Positions 13,701-26,552 of a stretch of 64,000 nucleotides of DNA are shown here, piece by piece (the stretch's first letter is position 1; every line of letters starts with the position of its first letter). Source of the stretch: Haliotis cracherodii. Its lineage: Eukaryota. Under the pieces are notes generated by a model. The model did not search any database. It worked only from the letters and a program-made list of their open reading frames with translations, and was not told the origin of the DNA. The stretch covers positions 1,364,001 to 1,428,000 of the forward strand of contig NW_027266308.1 of the NCBI RefSeq assembly GCF_022045235.1. Reading direction: 5' to 3'. The position numbers and the translations under genes are program-made.

Positions 13701-16700
13701 ACATGTATTTTCTACATAGTTTGATCGATCCCGGGGATTTGCCAAGATCATACTATTTACAGATTTGTACACAAAACTGATTCGATTTCGTCAAAGTAGA
13801 TTTATAGTTTAATGTACATCGGTTCTGAAAAGTAACATTTACTCACTACAACAATCACTCCTGCTTGTCACAGCAACGTCCATAATCCTCGAATAAGCTT
13901 CCAAATCGACTTGCCACCAGGGATGATTGTCTCCTTCTATCACAGCAAAGCAACTGCCTTGTTTCCAGTCAGTGTAGGGGAGGCCGTCTGCAGCAACTCC
14001 AGGTAATGGCCCATAAACAGAGCTCGCTATAGCTGGCTTGCCTCTAGCTAGGTTAATCAAGGCACTGCCTACAACATTCATGAGGTGAGGTGAAATGGGT
14101 TTGAAAGATTACTTACAAGATAAAAGCACTAACTATTTGAATTCATTTTATCATGTGTGAAAAACTGCTATACATGCATGATGAACCATGGACAATTTGA
14201 ACACCAGATATATATTATATATAAAGTACCAATATACAGCATTTCAAACAGTCAGTACAAAAAATGTCAATAATGATATGTTTATTTCACCATTCAAATA
14301 TTCATAGGCTTCTTCAGTGGGAGTAGTTTTGTTATAAACAGACGAGCAAAAGATAAATTACCAAACGAAAGGTTGGACAAGTTCTTTCCAAACCCCGAAT
14401 AGTGATACAAAATGGTTGAGAATCTATCCCATAACACAACTGAAACATTTTGCACGTCCTTATCAGATAAGTGGAAATTGAGTTTGAAGTGAAAATGTTG
14501 CTGAACGTGCATCATGCCAATCAACAAAGGGGTATAAAAGGAACAATGTTTTGTACATTCACACTCAAACCGTGGACACTGACAAATAACATGACGATAT
14601 TAATGCTACAACAGAGAGAACAGACCGCTGGAGTGATACGTTAAGTAGCTAGTTGTAGCCAGATGACAGTAACCAGATCCATGGCAGACTGGGCGGACGG
14701 AAGACAGGCTTAGGAATGGCAAACCCCCTGACATTGGCCATCCTGTCAGGCACTGGACAGTATCTAGAAGACCTTACAATATCAGAGCTTACAGATCTTG
14801 AACACTGACGTCTAAGACGTCGAAAAGAGAACACTGCGATACTAGAAGAACAGAAACTGGCTAAGAGTCATGTTCCCAGACGGGAGCAGGTTCCAGCTTT
14901 TCAGAGCAGATGGAATAGTTATGGTCTACTGACAACGAGGAGATCACTTTGACCTTCAAATGAGAACACGACAAGTTCGCCCTTATAACAGGGAGCAAAC
15001 ACAAGCTCCTGATATAATTGGAATCATATAAATCAGTTTATGAAGTAGCCATATTTCAGGGTCAGCAAATTGATTGAGGCGCTCGTACAATGTCGAGATT
15101 TGTCCTTGACTGTGTGATTGTTGATAGTCCAAAATCAAATCCCAGCCCTTGACACTTTCGTTACCTTCCGGAGTTGAGAGCTCCATTTTAAGGAACTTGT
15201 TAACAGACTTATTTACAGTTATCCACTTCCGTGAACAACATGATTTCAGATGCTTCGAAGAAGGCTGACTGTACTGAGTGAGAGGAGAGGCTCCATACTT
15301 AATGGAAAATACCGAATGTTCTTCCTGCTTCTAGCACTTTTTCTTTATTCAAGAACAGATACAAATGCCTTGCTCAAGACAGATACTGAACATTCGCGAG
15401 TGCAACTGACTTTCGTAATTTGGCCTATTGTTTGTTGCTGCTGACACATATTAGTGAGTGAGTATGGTTTAGCTCTATTCCAGCAATATCACGATGGGGG
15501 GCACCAGATAACACATAATAGAGCCATTGTATTGTCATTTTTATGATTGCAAACCTAAGCATGTGTATTTCAAGATGATCTGTTGATTGTTTTTTATCTT
15601 TGTGTGAATATTTACTGAATTCAGACTTTAGTCCTTTAATTACCAAATTGGGTTAACATTCGGGTTTTAATTTTGGAATCAAAACGTAACATTAGATAAC
15701 ATTGAGACTAAACGTGACTTATTCCAAAGTATGCACAAACACAATTTCAACAAATCCTTACAATCCGGAATAGAAGTACAACATAATTTACCCCTACAAT
15801 CAGTATTCATACTGAGACTTAGAGAATCTCACCAGAGTGTTTTTTGATGTCAAATATATCAACACTAGTTGATAAAAGTGGGAAAACCCCGAGGCTAGCC
15901 GAGGATTTTTTCCACTTTTATCAACGAGTGTTGATATATTTGATATCCAAAGACACGAGGGTGAGATTTTATTTATCATCCAACATCATTCTTCCAACTT
16001 TTTCAGTTTGTAGACAGTAATATGCAGTTTCTTAAGTGTAAAAAGTACTGCTAACAGCTTCAGTAGCAGAGCCATTAGTGATGTCATTTGATTGTGACAT
16101 CATGGTAACCAAAGACGTCACAATGGTCTGCAAAGCATTGATCTCACCCAAGTGATATCTCCTGTGGGAGTCAGTTTTGGATGACAAATACGTTTCCATT
16201 AAGAGTTGCGGTTTTTTTTATGCTGTAGGTTACTTACATCTGCTTACATCTGTAAGTTGAATTTAGTAGCAGTAGTGTCACAAAAACCTGAAAAAAAGAA
16301 TCAGTCTGTTTCAGTAATATATTTTCTATTTCTAGAAAAGGAAGCATGGCCGTTTTATGTACTGCCTAAAATATAGTTAATGATAATCGAATTTAAACCT
16401 TGCCAAGTTGTTTCAAAACTGAACTAAAGTAACACAAAGCGGTAATTCAACATTAATTGCCAAATGATATGCGTGTGATGATGTTATAATACCACGTCAA
16501 CACCACACCTGTGTGGTTCACAAATGGATGACCCGTGAAGATCCGGGGTAGAATAGGTCTTCAACAACCCATGTTTGCCACATAAAACAAGTAATTCTTA
16601 TAAATACTATGCAAAAGTAGTAGGGGATATTTTGTCTTAAAGTGAAACTACAGGAAAAACAATGTCTGGCAAAGAAAGTAAGGGATTTATGTGGCTAGTA

Positions 16701-18351
16701 CATTTCCGAAGAAATCAAGCAACCAAACACTTCGGTGTGAAGCATGAAGCACGTGACCTCGGACAGCCTGTGCAAGGGGTGATATGCCAGATTTACCATT
16801 GTCACTCAGACTCGGCTGTGAAAAGACGCATATTGGTTTGGAACCAAACGCTCAGAAACACTTTCTTGAACTGGTATATGGTAGCGTATATTATTGTTGA
16901 ACAATTATTGTAACTGTGGCATTCGGTAGACGCTCATTGCATTGTTTTTGGACAGTGATTACTTGTCATGAATGTAGTAATATTTAATGTAAGCAGTTTT
17001 GAGGAAGTTACTATAATTAGATGAAAGTGGTCAAGCTCCTTTCCAGCGCGTCACCTTCGTTACAGTCTCGGTAACATCGCTGCCACCAGTGTGGGTGCGG
17101 CCATTACAAGAATCTTGAAATTTGGCCTCTAACCCCAAATGTAGTAACGTTGATACTTTTGTTTATGTCTTTGGGAATGCCATCATACTGAATTTTGAAA
17201 AGGTTTACTACTGACCATGTTTTCCAGATGAATTTACTTTGTTGTTTGTATAATCAGATGGTTCGAGATTGCAGACTAAAGAAATATCAACCAACTTCTC
17301 CCTTACATTCTTACTATATCAATAACATGGTAGTTTTAATGAAATAGAAATTCAAATTGACAAACAAAGAAAGTAATTTAGCAGGGGTAAGTGTATTCGG
17401 CGTCATTTGTTTGTAAACATGAGGGTCATTCGGTTGCGAGTTCAACTCCAAGCATGGTTGGGGCCACCTATCACAGTGGAGAGTTTTGACTGGTGGCAGC
17501 GGTAGTATAGAGCTCCGCGGACGGGTTGTCGCTGCGAGGAGCTTGGACAGTAAATTTCCGGTATACGGTGGACTGATGTAGAATCGTTCCCTCCCATCAG
17601 TCAGACAGGCCATTTGTCATACACCTTGTTATTGCCAATCGTCATACGGTTGAGTAGGGGGTTAATTAGAGCACTCACCTTAAGCTGTAATGGTATGACC
17701 CCACACTCTGAGTTAAGGTCTTTGTTACAACAACAATGTTAAAGTCATAAAGGGTGAGTTGTTGTGAGCTGGTTATCTTGTGAGAAGAGGGTAATAAAAT
17801 GATCCAAGTCACTGTAAGTTCTTTTACTAACACATAATTGATATGTTGTTTTAATATATACTTTGCCCTTTGAGTTTACTAAATGTAATTCATGTAATCC
17901 TATGAAAGGAGACTAGAGATGTTTGAGATGAGAAACTGTTTAACTGATGAGATGTATTTTGTGATCACACACATAAGTACAAATACTGTATCCATTGCTT
18001 TTACATCATTCACAATCATGGCTCTGCGACTTGTAGAAAACGTTACGTCAGCCCGCGGTTGCAAACTGCCACTCAGACAAGGTACTGGTTGCAACAACCA
18101 GCAGGAGTAAGAGTGTGAAATCGTCTGCACTAATGTCATGTATCAAGTTTAATGATAAGCTTTTGGTCAGAGATTTAACGAGATCCGAGTTGTATGCAAC
18201 TTGACGCCGAGTGAATCCTGTATTGTATACAACTTAAATTCGTACAACTAATTGCAAGTTCTACCATATGAAGGCCCCTTTAGCTGTGCTTGGATAGGAC
18301 ATGTGGCAGAATAATGGATAGACTGACCGGCGTACTCACCTTGTTTGGCAT
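10472..18351 (-). CDS. Secreted F-type lectin (fucolectin-like) with three tandem FTL domains, multi-exon
   Basis: Exons 18340-18351 (MPNK, tentative), 16248-16287, 13847-14068, 13285-13527, 12520-12735, 11733-11975, 10967-11182, 10472-10710 join in frame through GT-AG introns. Signal peptide MPNKVFVTLLLLNSTYRCSA. Each domain has NLA.GKP...SS, AADG, PWWQVDL, RSDCC..RL, GRYVRL and LQFCEVKVFG. Confidence 0.88.
10967..11182 (-). CDS. F-type lectin domain 3, N-terminal exon
   Basis: TFNLAEGKP...RSDCC; phase 1-1. Confidence 0.9.
11733..11975 (-). CDS. F-type lectin domain 2, C-terminal exon
   Basis: Near-identical to 13285-13527; phase 1-1. Confidence 0.9.
12520..12735 (-). CDS. F-type lectin domain 2, N-terminal exon
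   Basis: KCNLTRGKP...RSDCC; phase 1-1. Confidence 0.9.
13285..13527 (-). CDS. F-type lectin domain 1, C-terminal exon
   Basis: GRLHDF...GRYVRL...FCEVKVFG; cag acceptor, gtgag donor, phase 1-1. Confidence 0.9.
13847..14068 (-). CDS. F-type lectin domain 1, N-terminal exon
   Basis: SALINLARGKP...RSDCC; acceptor ttgtag, donor gtgagt. Confidence 0.9.
14530..14830 (+). mobile_element. Highly degraded Tc1-like transposase 5' fragment
   Basis: gggtataaaag followed by a decayed frame resembling the N-termini of the two Tc1 copies. Confidence 0.3.
15822..16190. mobile_element. Fold-back interspersed repeat with a ~70-bp-arm hairpin
   Basis: Palindrome 15824-15970 around gaggctagccgag; second copy at 33455-33840. 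Confidence 0.65.
16248..16287 (-). CDS. F-type lectin signal-peptide exon (VFVTLLLLNSTYR)
   Basis: Strong acceptor ttctttttttcag. Phase-1 donor gtaagc matches the phase of the next exon. Confidence 0.65.
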
Positions 18352-18730
18352 CAACTAAAATTCATGGGGCCCCATTGTCCAGGCAAACAAACACAGGTTG
18401 ATAATCAAGTCTCAACACCTCATGGTGAAACTACATCATCGTTAATTTGTCGTTAGTCCTCTCAAACTAGCATGCTACAGAAACTGTTACAAGATGTCAT
18501 ACATGTAAAGGTGTCGTACTTGTCTTTTGCATGTGTAGAGTAGCTAAATCAAGTGCTGAGTCTAGATACAAGGAATCATTTACAAACAAACATACAGTGT
18601 GCAGGGAACATACTGGTTAAATACTGGACTGGTGCTCAGTTAAATCAATTAAAAGACAACAAGTGTTTCATGAAATCATTCAGATGCGATTTTTTATGAT
18701 CAATTTACATGAACCAAAATTAAACATATA

Positions 18731-19907
18731 TACTGAACTGCAAAAGAAACATCACCATGGATAGATATATGAGAAACCATATTTGTCCAAAAACTGTAAA
18801 CATACTTTGAGACATATGAAAAATATGAAACTTGGCAAAACTGATCATCAAGGTTGAAATTTAAGTGTCAAATGTTCTTAAAGTAAAACACAACACTAGT
18901 CTCTGAGAAAATAGCATCACAAGTCAGTATCTCGTGTGTCCGCCATGTGCATTGATGACTGCCATGCAACGTCGATACATAGAATGGATGTGACGCAGTT
19001 CAGCTGCAGTTGTCGGCCTTGGTCGGACGTCATTCGGTCGTCTTTGAATCTCGTCCCACATGTGCTCAATGGGATTTAAATCGGGACTGATGGTTCTGAT
19101 GCCATTCTGCTGTCTCTTGTTGCTCTCGCACTGTGGTCACGGACGTTATCATGCTGAAACTCGTTGTTGCGGCGACGTGCCAAATGAGGCATGGTGTGTG
19201 GTCTCAAGACTTGATCAATGTACCGAACTGCTGTGACACCATTGCCTCTCCCTGGACCGATGTTCTGGAAGACCACAGGGCCGACCCTCTGTGCAAAACC
19301 AATTCAACCCCACGATGCTCGGACCACCCCACGAATCTCTCTCCACAACACAAGCACCCGAATAACGTTCCCCATGGCATCGCCTGACTCTCCCTCTGAC
19401 GTTGACGTCGGGTGGTGACCCTTGGTCTCCCACTGCGTGGTCGGTCATAAGTAGTGATGGTTGTCTGGTACCGTTGCTGGAGCCTGTATATGGTCCTTAC
19501 GTTGACTTGAAATGCATTGGATACTTGCCGGGCGGTTAGTTCAGCTTGCAATCGTCCAAAGGCTTGGTGTCGCTGATTTCTCGTCAATCTTGCCATGTGG
19601 TAGCAATTATAAAAGGAATGAACATTATCCGATCTGGGTGGATTTTTATAGGGCAAGAAATGGGGGAACACATGTGCATTTCAATTTGCACGGAACTCAC
19701 GTGCATCGGGTTACCATAGCCGTTGCCGTGATGCGTTTGGGCGATCGGTTTTATTTTCATCTGCTTTGTTTTTTATCATCAAATTTCATTTTTCCGGACA
19801 AGGTAATGTTCAGTTTTAGAAACTTGGACAAAAATTACCCAGATATTTAAATGACGACTGTTCATGCAATGTAACTTGTAATGTGACGTTTCTATTGCGG
19901 TTCAGTA
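18731..19907 (-). mobile_element. Tc1/mariner DNA transposon, defective
   Basis: TIRs tactgaacYgcaaWagaaacRtcac with TA target duplications. Broken transposase: MARLTRNQR...RPRSGRPRVTT, FQHDNVRDH, PDLNPIEHMWD. Confidence 0.9.
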
Positions 19908-20388
19908 TATTTTATATTCCAAGCAATACTTACCAATATTACTATGAGAAGTTTGTCTTTCTATGTGTAAGGCCTCAATGGTCGAATTGTCTTTAACGGA
20001 TGGTCATATTTAAAGATGAAATGATACAGATCGCCGATATTGTTTAGGTTATCTTGAATTTGTATTTCGTGGTGTCTCAATATCAATATTGAGTCTTGTA
20101 CATCCAACTAGAGCACGAGCAAAATCGGTAGCAAATGTACACAAGGTCGAATCTATTAAATATTTCTCTGCTTCTAGGATTATCTTAAAAAGGTGTATAA
20201 CATTCAAAGGTAGTACTAGATAATATTATATTAGTCCATTTCTGTCTGTACATAAATTTTCAATCTGGGTTGAAAAAGGGTGAAAAAACCAAAGTACACA
20301 CCCAACATTTTGGTAAACCCAAGCACAGCCAAGACCTGAACTATATAGAATATGCCCAGTTCTACCTGCCTACTGAATCAAGATTAAC

Positions 20389-20665
20389 TGAGTGAGTGAG
20401 TTGGGTTTAACGCCACTTTTAACAGTGTCCAGTTATAACGCGGCGTGTCAGCTTAATGTGGGAGGAAAGCCTGAAGTGATGCAGGTCTCAGACGTTTACC
20501 ACTTCGGTGAAACCCACAAGGTTGGTATGGTGCTGACAAGCCTAGAAACATAATCGGGGCGAACTGGGATTCGAACCCACAATCATAAGTTTCTTGGGTG
20601 TCCAAAGGACGCAACTCTTCACAGCGAATCGCGGCGCCTTCGACGACTGGTCCACCCGTGCCCCC
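20389..20665 (-). mobile_element. tRNA-derived SINE family 3
   Basis: gggttcgaatccc B box; copies at 28517-28710 and 34995-35272. Confidence 0.75.
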
Positions 20666-21135
20666 TGAATCAAGATTAAATAACTTTTCGTTTGCCTTAT
20701 GGGGAAGTCTTCCAGTTGGCATATGAGGTAGATTTAGTCTCTATCTAATACATCTCAGCGAACTTTAAGAACAACGGATCCACATCCCCCTAATGGCATT
20801 GCATTGGGGGTGTTAATATCTGTACCAAGATGATATTTACATGCTAGATATTCGGCCCTTTCGCAACCTCTAATCTTTGGTGTCCCCCTATATCGGGTAC
20901 ATAAAGAAGGGTGGGTTAGGATTTGAATCTTATACTTTGATCCTTGCTAGGTGTTTCCATATGTCCAAACCATTTTTTAAATTACATTACTGGTGACCTT
21001 TCTAATTTTGAGGTCAAATGTGACACTGTTCTTGTTACATACGAAGACAGAGTCATCAATAGCTCAAGGCACTGATGTTCTAATGCAACTTACGATTTCC
21101 TATATGGTATGTATTTACATTTTTCTTATTCTCCT

Positions 21136-21361
21136 GCCCGTGAAGATCCGGGGTCGAATAGGTCTTCAGCAACCCATGCTTGCCGTAAAAGGCGACTATG
21201 CTTGTCGTAAGAGGCGAATAACCTGATCGGGTGGTCAGGCTCGCTGACTTGGTTGATGCGTGAATCGATGATTATGTTGTCAATCACTGTCGATTATTTA
21301 CAGACCGCCGTCATATAGCTGGACTATTGCTAAGTGCGGCGTTAAACAACAAACAAACAAA
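21136..21361 (+). mobile_element. SINE-like family 1
   Basis: cccgtgaagatccgggg...gctggactattgctaagtgcggcgttaaac plus (aaac)n tail. Confidence 0.8.
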
Positions 21362-22321
21362 TCTTGGTCGACATACCGCTGAGCAGTGACGCCGTGTCCC
21401 CGACCTTGACCAACATTCAGAAAGCACATGGGTCCAAGTCTCGCATTAAGTCCAATCCCTGCCCATATCATGACGCTAGGTCCACCCCATGGATCCCTTT
21501 CCACAACGTTTCTGTCAGCGAAACGATCACCTCGACGCCGCCAAATTCTGACTCTTCCGTCTGCATGGGAGACACAAAAGCGACTTTCATCAGAGAAGAT
21601 GACACGCCTCCACTCACAATGACGCCAATTGTGGTGACCCTGTGCTCACTCAAGTCGTGCTTGTCGATGCCGTGGTTGGAGAACAGGACGACGTGCTGGT
21701 TGGCGACATCTGAGGTTGTTGGAACGGAGACGTCGGATCACAGTGTCCCGGCTAATTTGTCGATGATGTGTTCCTATGGTCTGTCGAGCACGTTTACTTG
21801 CAGTTAGGAACGGATGTCGCTGGTGTTGACGGGTTATCTGCCGATCTTGTCGAGGTGTGGTGACCCTAGGACGACCGCTCCGAGGAAGGTCATATGTAGT
21901 CTGTGTAGCATTGTATCGTTGCAGGAGACGGTAAATTGTGGTTATGTTGACGTTGAAATGACGGGTAACATCTTGGACAGGATCTCCAGCTTCCAGACGT
22001 CCGATAGACTGGTTTCTCTGAATTTGAGTTAGGCGTGGCATTGTTGATCAAGGTGTGGTAGGTCCAAGAATCGGCCACAGTTTTATAACCACAACAGTTC
22101 GTCACAGTTCGTGCATTTTCGATTTCGCGAGAAATGGGTGCATGATACCCATGGTGCATTTTGGCGATTCGTTTTTTATGTTGCGTTTTTACTCGGGGTT
22201 TCCAAATCGCAACCAAAAATATTGATAGCACAATCAGGCTTCACTACATGCTAAAACTCGTATCATATCGTGTTTGTTACCTATTTGCTTTAAGCACTTG
22301 CGTTTCTTTTGCGAGTCAGTA
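21362..22321 (-). mobile_element. Tc1 transposon, truncated and frameshifted
   Basis: One TIR (tactgactcgcaaaagaaacg) plus TA at 22321. Transposase MPRLTQIQR...RSGRPRVTT...WGGPSVMIWAGI. The other end is lost where a SINE abuts. Confidence 0.88.
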
Positions 22322-22734
22322 TATATGGTCGTATTGCTTGGGGCGACGTTAACAACAAACACGCAAACAAAAAGTAAAAATGGTTAAACAACAAGAAAGG
22401 ATTGTCATGAATGCTTCTGTGTGGATCTAATATTTCATCAGGCATTTAACTAACCAGATTGGCTATGAACGGTAGAAACTGACAGAGAATAAAAGACTTA
22501 CCCCAACACCCTGCTTCACTGACATCGTGTAGGACTCAACTGTTACATCGGATGTGCGAGTAAACCCAGAGCTGCATGTCACCTTCATCCCGGATATATC
22601 TTTTTTACCCGAAGTGTTTTACGGACCTAACACCTCTAAACTCAAATTCAACAGTGAGATATCAAATGTTAGAAACCAATATCAATCTGCATATTCTATG
22701 ATATGATAAATCAATATTGTGAAACTACCACAGA

Positions 22735-25700
22735 GCATGGGGTGCGTGTTCAGCAAGGGTTGCGTGTAGAGGAAGGGGTGCGTGTTCAGGAAGGTTGCGT
22801 GTAGAGGAAGTGTGCGCGTAGAGGAAGGGTGCTTGTAGAAGAAGGGGTGGGTGTAGAGGAAGGGGTGCGTGTAGAGGAAGGGGTGGGTGTAGAGGAAGGG
22901 TGCTTGTAGAGGAAGGGGTGGGTGTAGAGGAAGGGGTGCGTGTAGAGGAAGGGGTGGGTGTAGAGGAAGGGGTGCGTGTAGAGGAAGGGGTGGGTGTAGA
23001 GGAAGGGTGCTTGTAAAGGAAGGGGTCCATGTAGAGGAAGGGGTGCTTGTAGAGGAAGGGGTGCATGTAGAGGAAGGGGTGCATGTAGAGGAAGGGGTGG
23101 GTGTAGAGGAAGTGTGCTTGTAGAGGAAGGGGAGCATGTAGAGGAAGGGGTGCTTGTAGAGGAAGGGGTGCATGTAGAGGAAGGGGTGCGTGTAGAGGAA
23201 GGGGTGCGTGTAGAGGAAGGGGTGGGTGTAGAGGAAGGGGTGCGTGTAGAGGAAGGGGTGGGTGTAGAGGAAGGGTGCTTGTAGAGGAAGGGGTCCATGT
23301 AGACGAAGGGTGCATGTAGAGGAAGGGGTGCATGTAGAGGAAGGGGTGCATGTAGAGGAAGGGGAGCATGTAGAAGAAGGGGTGGGTGTAGAGGAAGGGG
23401 TGCGTGTAGAGGAAGGGGTGGGTGTAAAGGAAGGGTGCTTGTAAAGGAAGGGGTCCATGTAGAGGAAGGGGTGCTTGTAGAGGAAGGGGTGCATGTAGAG
23501 GAAGGGGTGGGTGTAGAGGAAGGGGTGCGTGTAGAGGAAGGGGTGGGTGTAGAGGAAGGGGTCCATGTAGAGGAAGGGGTGCATGTAGAGGAAGGGGTGG
23601 GTGTAGAGGAAGGGGTGCGTGTAGAGGAAGGGGTGGGTGTAGAGGAAGGGGTGGGTGTAGAGGAAGGGTGCTTGTAGAGGAAGGGGTCCATGTAGACGAA
23701 GGGTGCATGTAGAGGAAGGGGTGCATGTAGAGGAAGGGGTCCATGTAGAGGAAGGGGTGCATGTAGAGGAAGGGTGCATGTAGAGGAAGAGGTGCTTGTA
23801 GAGGAAGGGGTGCATGTAGAGGAAGAGGTGCTTGTAGAGGAAGGGGTGCATGTAGAGGAAGGGGTGCATGTAGAGGAAGGGGTGCTTGTAGAGGAAGGGG
23901 AGCATGTAGAGGATGGGGTGCATGTAGAGGAAGGGGTGCTTGTAGAGGAAGGGGTGCATGTAGAGGAAGGGGTGCATGTAGAGGAAGGGGTGCTTGTAGA
24001 GGAAGGGGAGCATGTAGAGGAAGGGGTCCATGTAGAGGAAGGGGAGCATGTAGAGGAAGGGGTCCATGTAGAGGAAGGGTGCGTGTAGAGCAAGGGGTGC
24101 TTGTAGAGGAAGGGGAGCATGTAGAGGAAGGGGTCCATGTAGAGGAAGGGGAGCATGTAGAGGAAGGGGTCCATGTAGAGGAAGGGTGCGTGTAGAGGAA
24201 GGGGTCCATGTAGAGGATGGGGAGCATGTAGAGGAAGGGGTCCATGTAGAGGAAGGGTGCGTGTAGAGCAAGGGGTGCTTGTAGAGGAAGGGGTGCGTGT
24301 AGAGGAAGGGGTCCATGTAGAGGAAGGGTGCATGTAGAGGAAGGGGTGCTTGTAGAGGAAGGGGTGCGTGTAGAGGAAGGGGTCCATGTAGAGGATGGGG
24401 AGCATGTAGAGGAAGGGGTCCATGTAGAGGAAGGGTGCGTGTAGAGCAAGGGGTGGGTGTAGAGGAAGGGTGCGTGTAGAGCAAGGGGTGTGTGTAGAGG
24501 AAGGGGTGCATGTAGAGGAAGGGGAACATGTAGAGGAAGGGGTCCATGTAGAGGAAGGGGTCCATGTAGAGGAAGGGGAACATGTAGAGGATGGGGAGCA
24601 TGTAGTGGAAGGTTGCGTGTAGAGCAAGGGGTGGGTGTAGAGGAAGGGGTGCATGTAGAGGAAGGGGAGCATGTAGAGCAAGGGGTGCATGTAGAGCAAG
24701 GGGTGGGTGTAGAGGAAGGGTGCGTGTAGAGCAAGGGGTGCATGTAGAGCAAGGGGTGGGTGTAGAGGAAGGGTGCGTGTAGAGCAAGGGGTGCATGTAG
24801 AGCAAGGGGTGCGTGTAGAGCAAGGGGTGGGTGTAGAGCAAGGGGTGCGTGTAGAGCAAGGGGTGTGTGTAGAGGAAGGGTGCATGTAGAGGAAGGGAGC
24901 ATGTAGAGCAAGGGGTGGGTGTAGAGGAAGGGTGCGTGTAGAGGAAGGGTGCGTGTAGAGCAAGGGGTGTGTGTAGAGGAAGGGGTGCATGTAGAGGAAG
25001 GGGTCCATGTAGAGGAAGGGGTCCATGTAGAGGAAGGGGTGCATGTAGAGGAAGGGTGCGTGTAGAGCAAGGGTGCGTGTAGAGCAAGGGGTGTGTGTAG
25101 AGGAAGGGGTGTATGTAGAGAAAGGGTGCATGTAGAGCAAGGGGTGCGTGTAGAGCAAGGGGTGCATGTAGAGCAAGGGGTGCGTGTAGAGCAAGGGGTG
25201 GGTGTAGAGCAAGGGGTGCGTGTAGAGCAAGGGGTGTGTGTAGAGGAAGGGTGCATGTAGAGGAAGGGGAGCATGTAAAGCAAGGGGTGGGTGTAGAGGA
25301 AGGGTGCGTGTAGAGGAAAGGTGCGTGTAGAGCAAGGGGTGTGTGTAGAGGAAGGGGTGCATGTAGAGGAAGGGTGCGTGTAGAGCAAGGGGTGGGTGTA
25401 GAGGAAGGGGTGCATGTAGAGGAAGGGGTCCATGTAGAGGAAGGGGTCCATGTAGAGGAAGGGGTGCATGTAGAGGAAGGGTGCGTGTAGAGCAAGGGGT
25501 GGGTGTAGAGGAAGGGTGCGTGTAGAGCAAGGGGTGGGTGTAGAGGAAGGGGTCCATGTAGAGGAAGGGGTGCATGTAGGGAAAGGGGTCCGTGTAGAGG
25601 AAGGGGTGCTTGTAGAGGAAGGGGTGCTTGTAGAGGAAGGGGTGCATGTAGAGGAAGGGGAGCATGTATAGGAAGGGGTGCATGTAGAGAAAGGGGTGCA

Positions 25701-26552
25701 TGTAGAGGAAGGGTGCGTGTAGAGCAAGGGGTGGGTGTAGAGGAAGGGTGCGTGTAGAGGAAGGGGTCCATGTAGAGGAAGGGGTGCATGTAGAGGAAGG
25801 GTGCGTGTAGAGCAAGGGGTGGGTGTAGAGGAAGGGTGCGTGTAGAGCAAGGGTGCATGTAGAGAAAGGGGTCCATGTAGAGGAAGGGGTGCTTGTAGAG
25901 GAAGGGGTGCATGTAGAGGAAGGGGTGCATGTAGAGGAAGGGGTCCATGTAGAGGAAGGGTGGGTGTAGAGGAAGGGTGGGTGTAGAGGAAGGGTGCGTG
26001 TAGAGCAAGGGGTGTGTGTAGAGGAAGGGTGCTTGTAGAGGAAGGGGTCCATGTAGAGGAAGGGGTGCATGTAGAGGAAGGGTGCGTGTAGAGCAAGGGG
26101 TGTGTGTAGAGGAAGGGGTGCATGTAGAGGAAGGGGTGTGTGTAGAGGAAGGGGTGTATGTAGAGAAAGGGGTCCATGTAGAGGAAGGGGTGCTTGTAGA
26201 GGAAGGGGTGCATGTAGAGGAAGGGGTCCATGTAGAGGAAGGGGTCCATGTAGAGGAAGGGGTGCATGTAGAGAAAGGGGTCCATGTAGAGGAAGGGGTG
26301 CATGTAGAGGAAGGGGAGCATGTAGAGAAAGGGGTGCATGTAGAGAAAGGGGTGCATGTAGAGGAAGGGGTGCTTGTAGAGGAAGGGGTCCATGTAGAGG
26401 AAGGGGTCCATGTAGAGGAAGGGGTCCATGTAGAGGAAGGGGTGCATGTAGAGAAAGGGGTCCATGTAGAGGAAGGGGTGCTTGTAGATGAAGGGGTGCA
26501 TGTAGAGGAAGGGGAGAATGTAGAGGAAGGTTGCGTGTAGAGCAAGGGGTGT
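22735..26552. repeat. 3.8-kb G/purine-rich minisatellite with 17/18-bp units
   Basis: About 210 units of gtagaggaagggg(t)NNNN. Confidence 0.97.
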
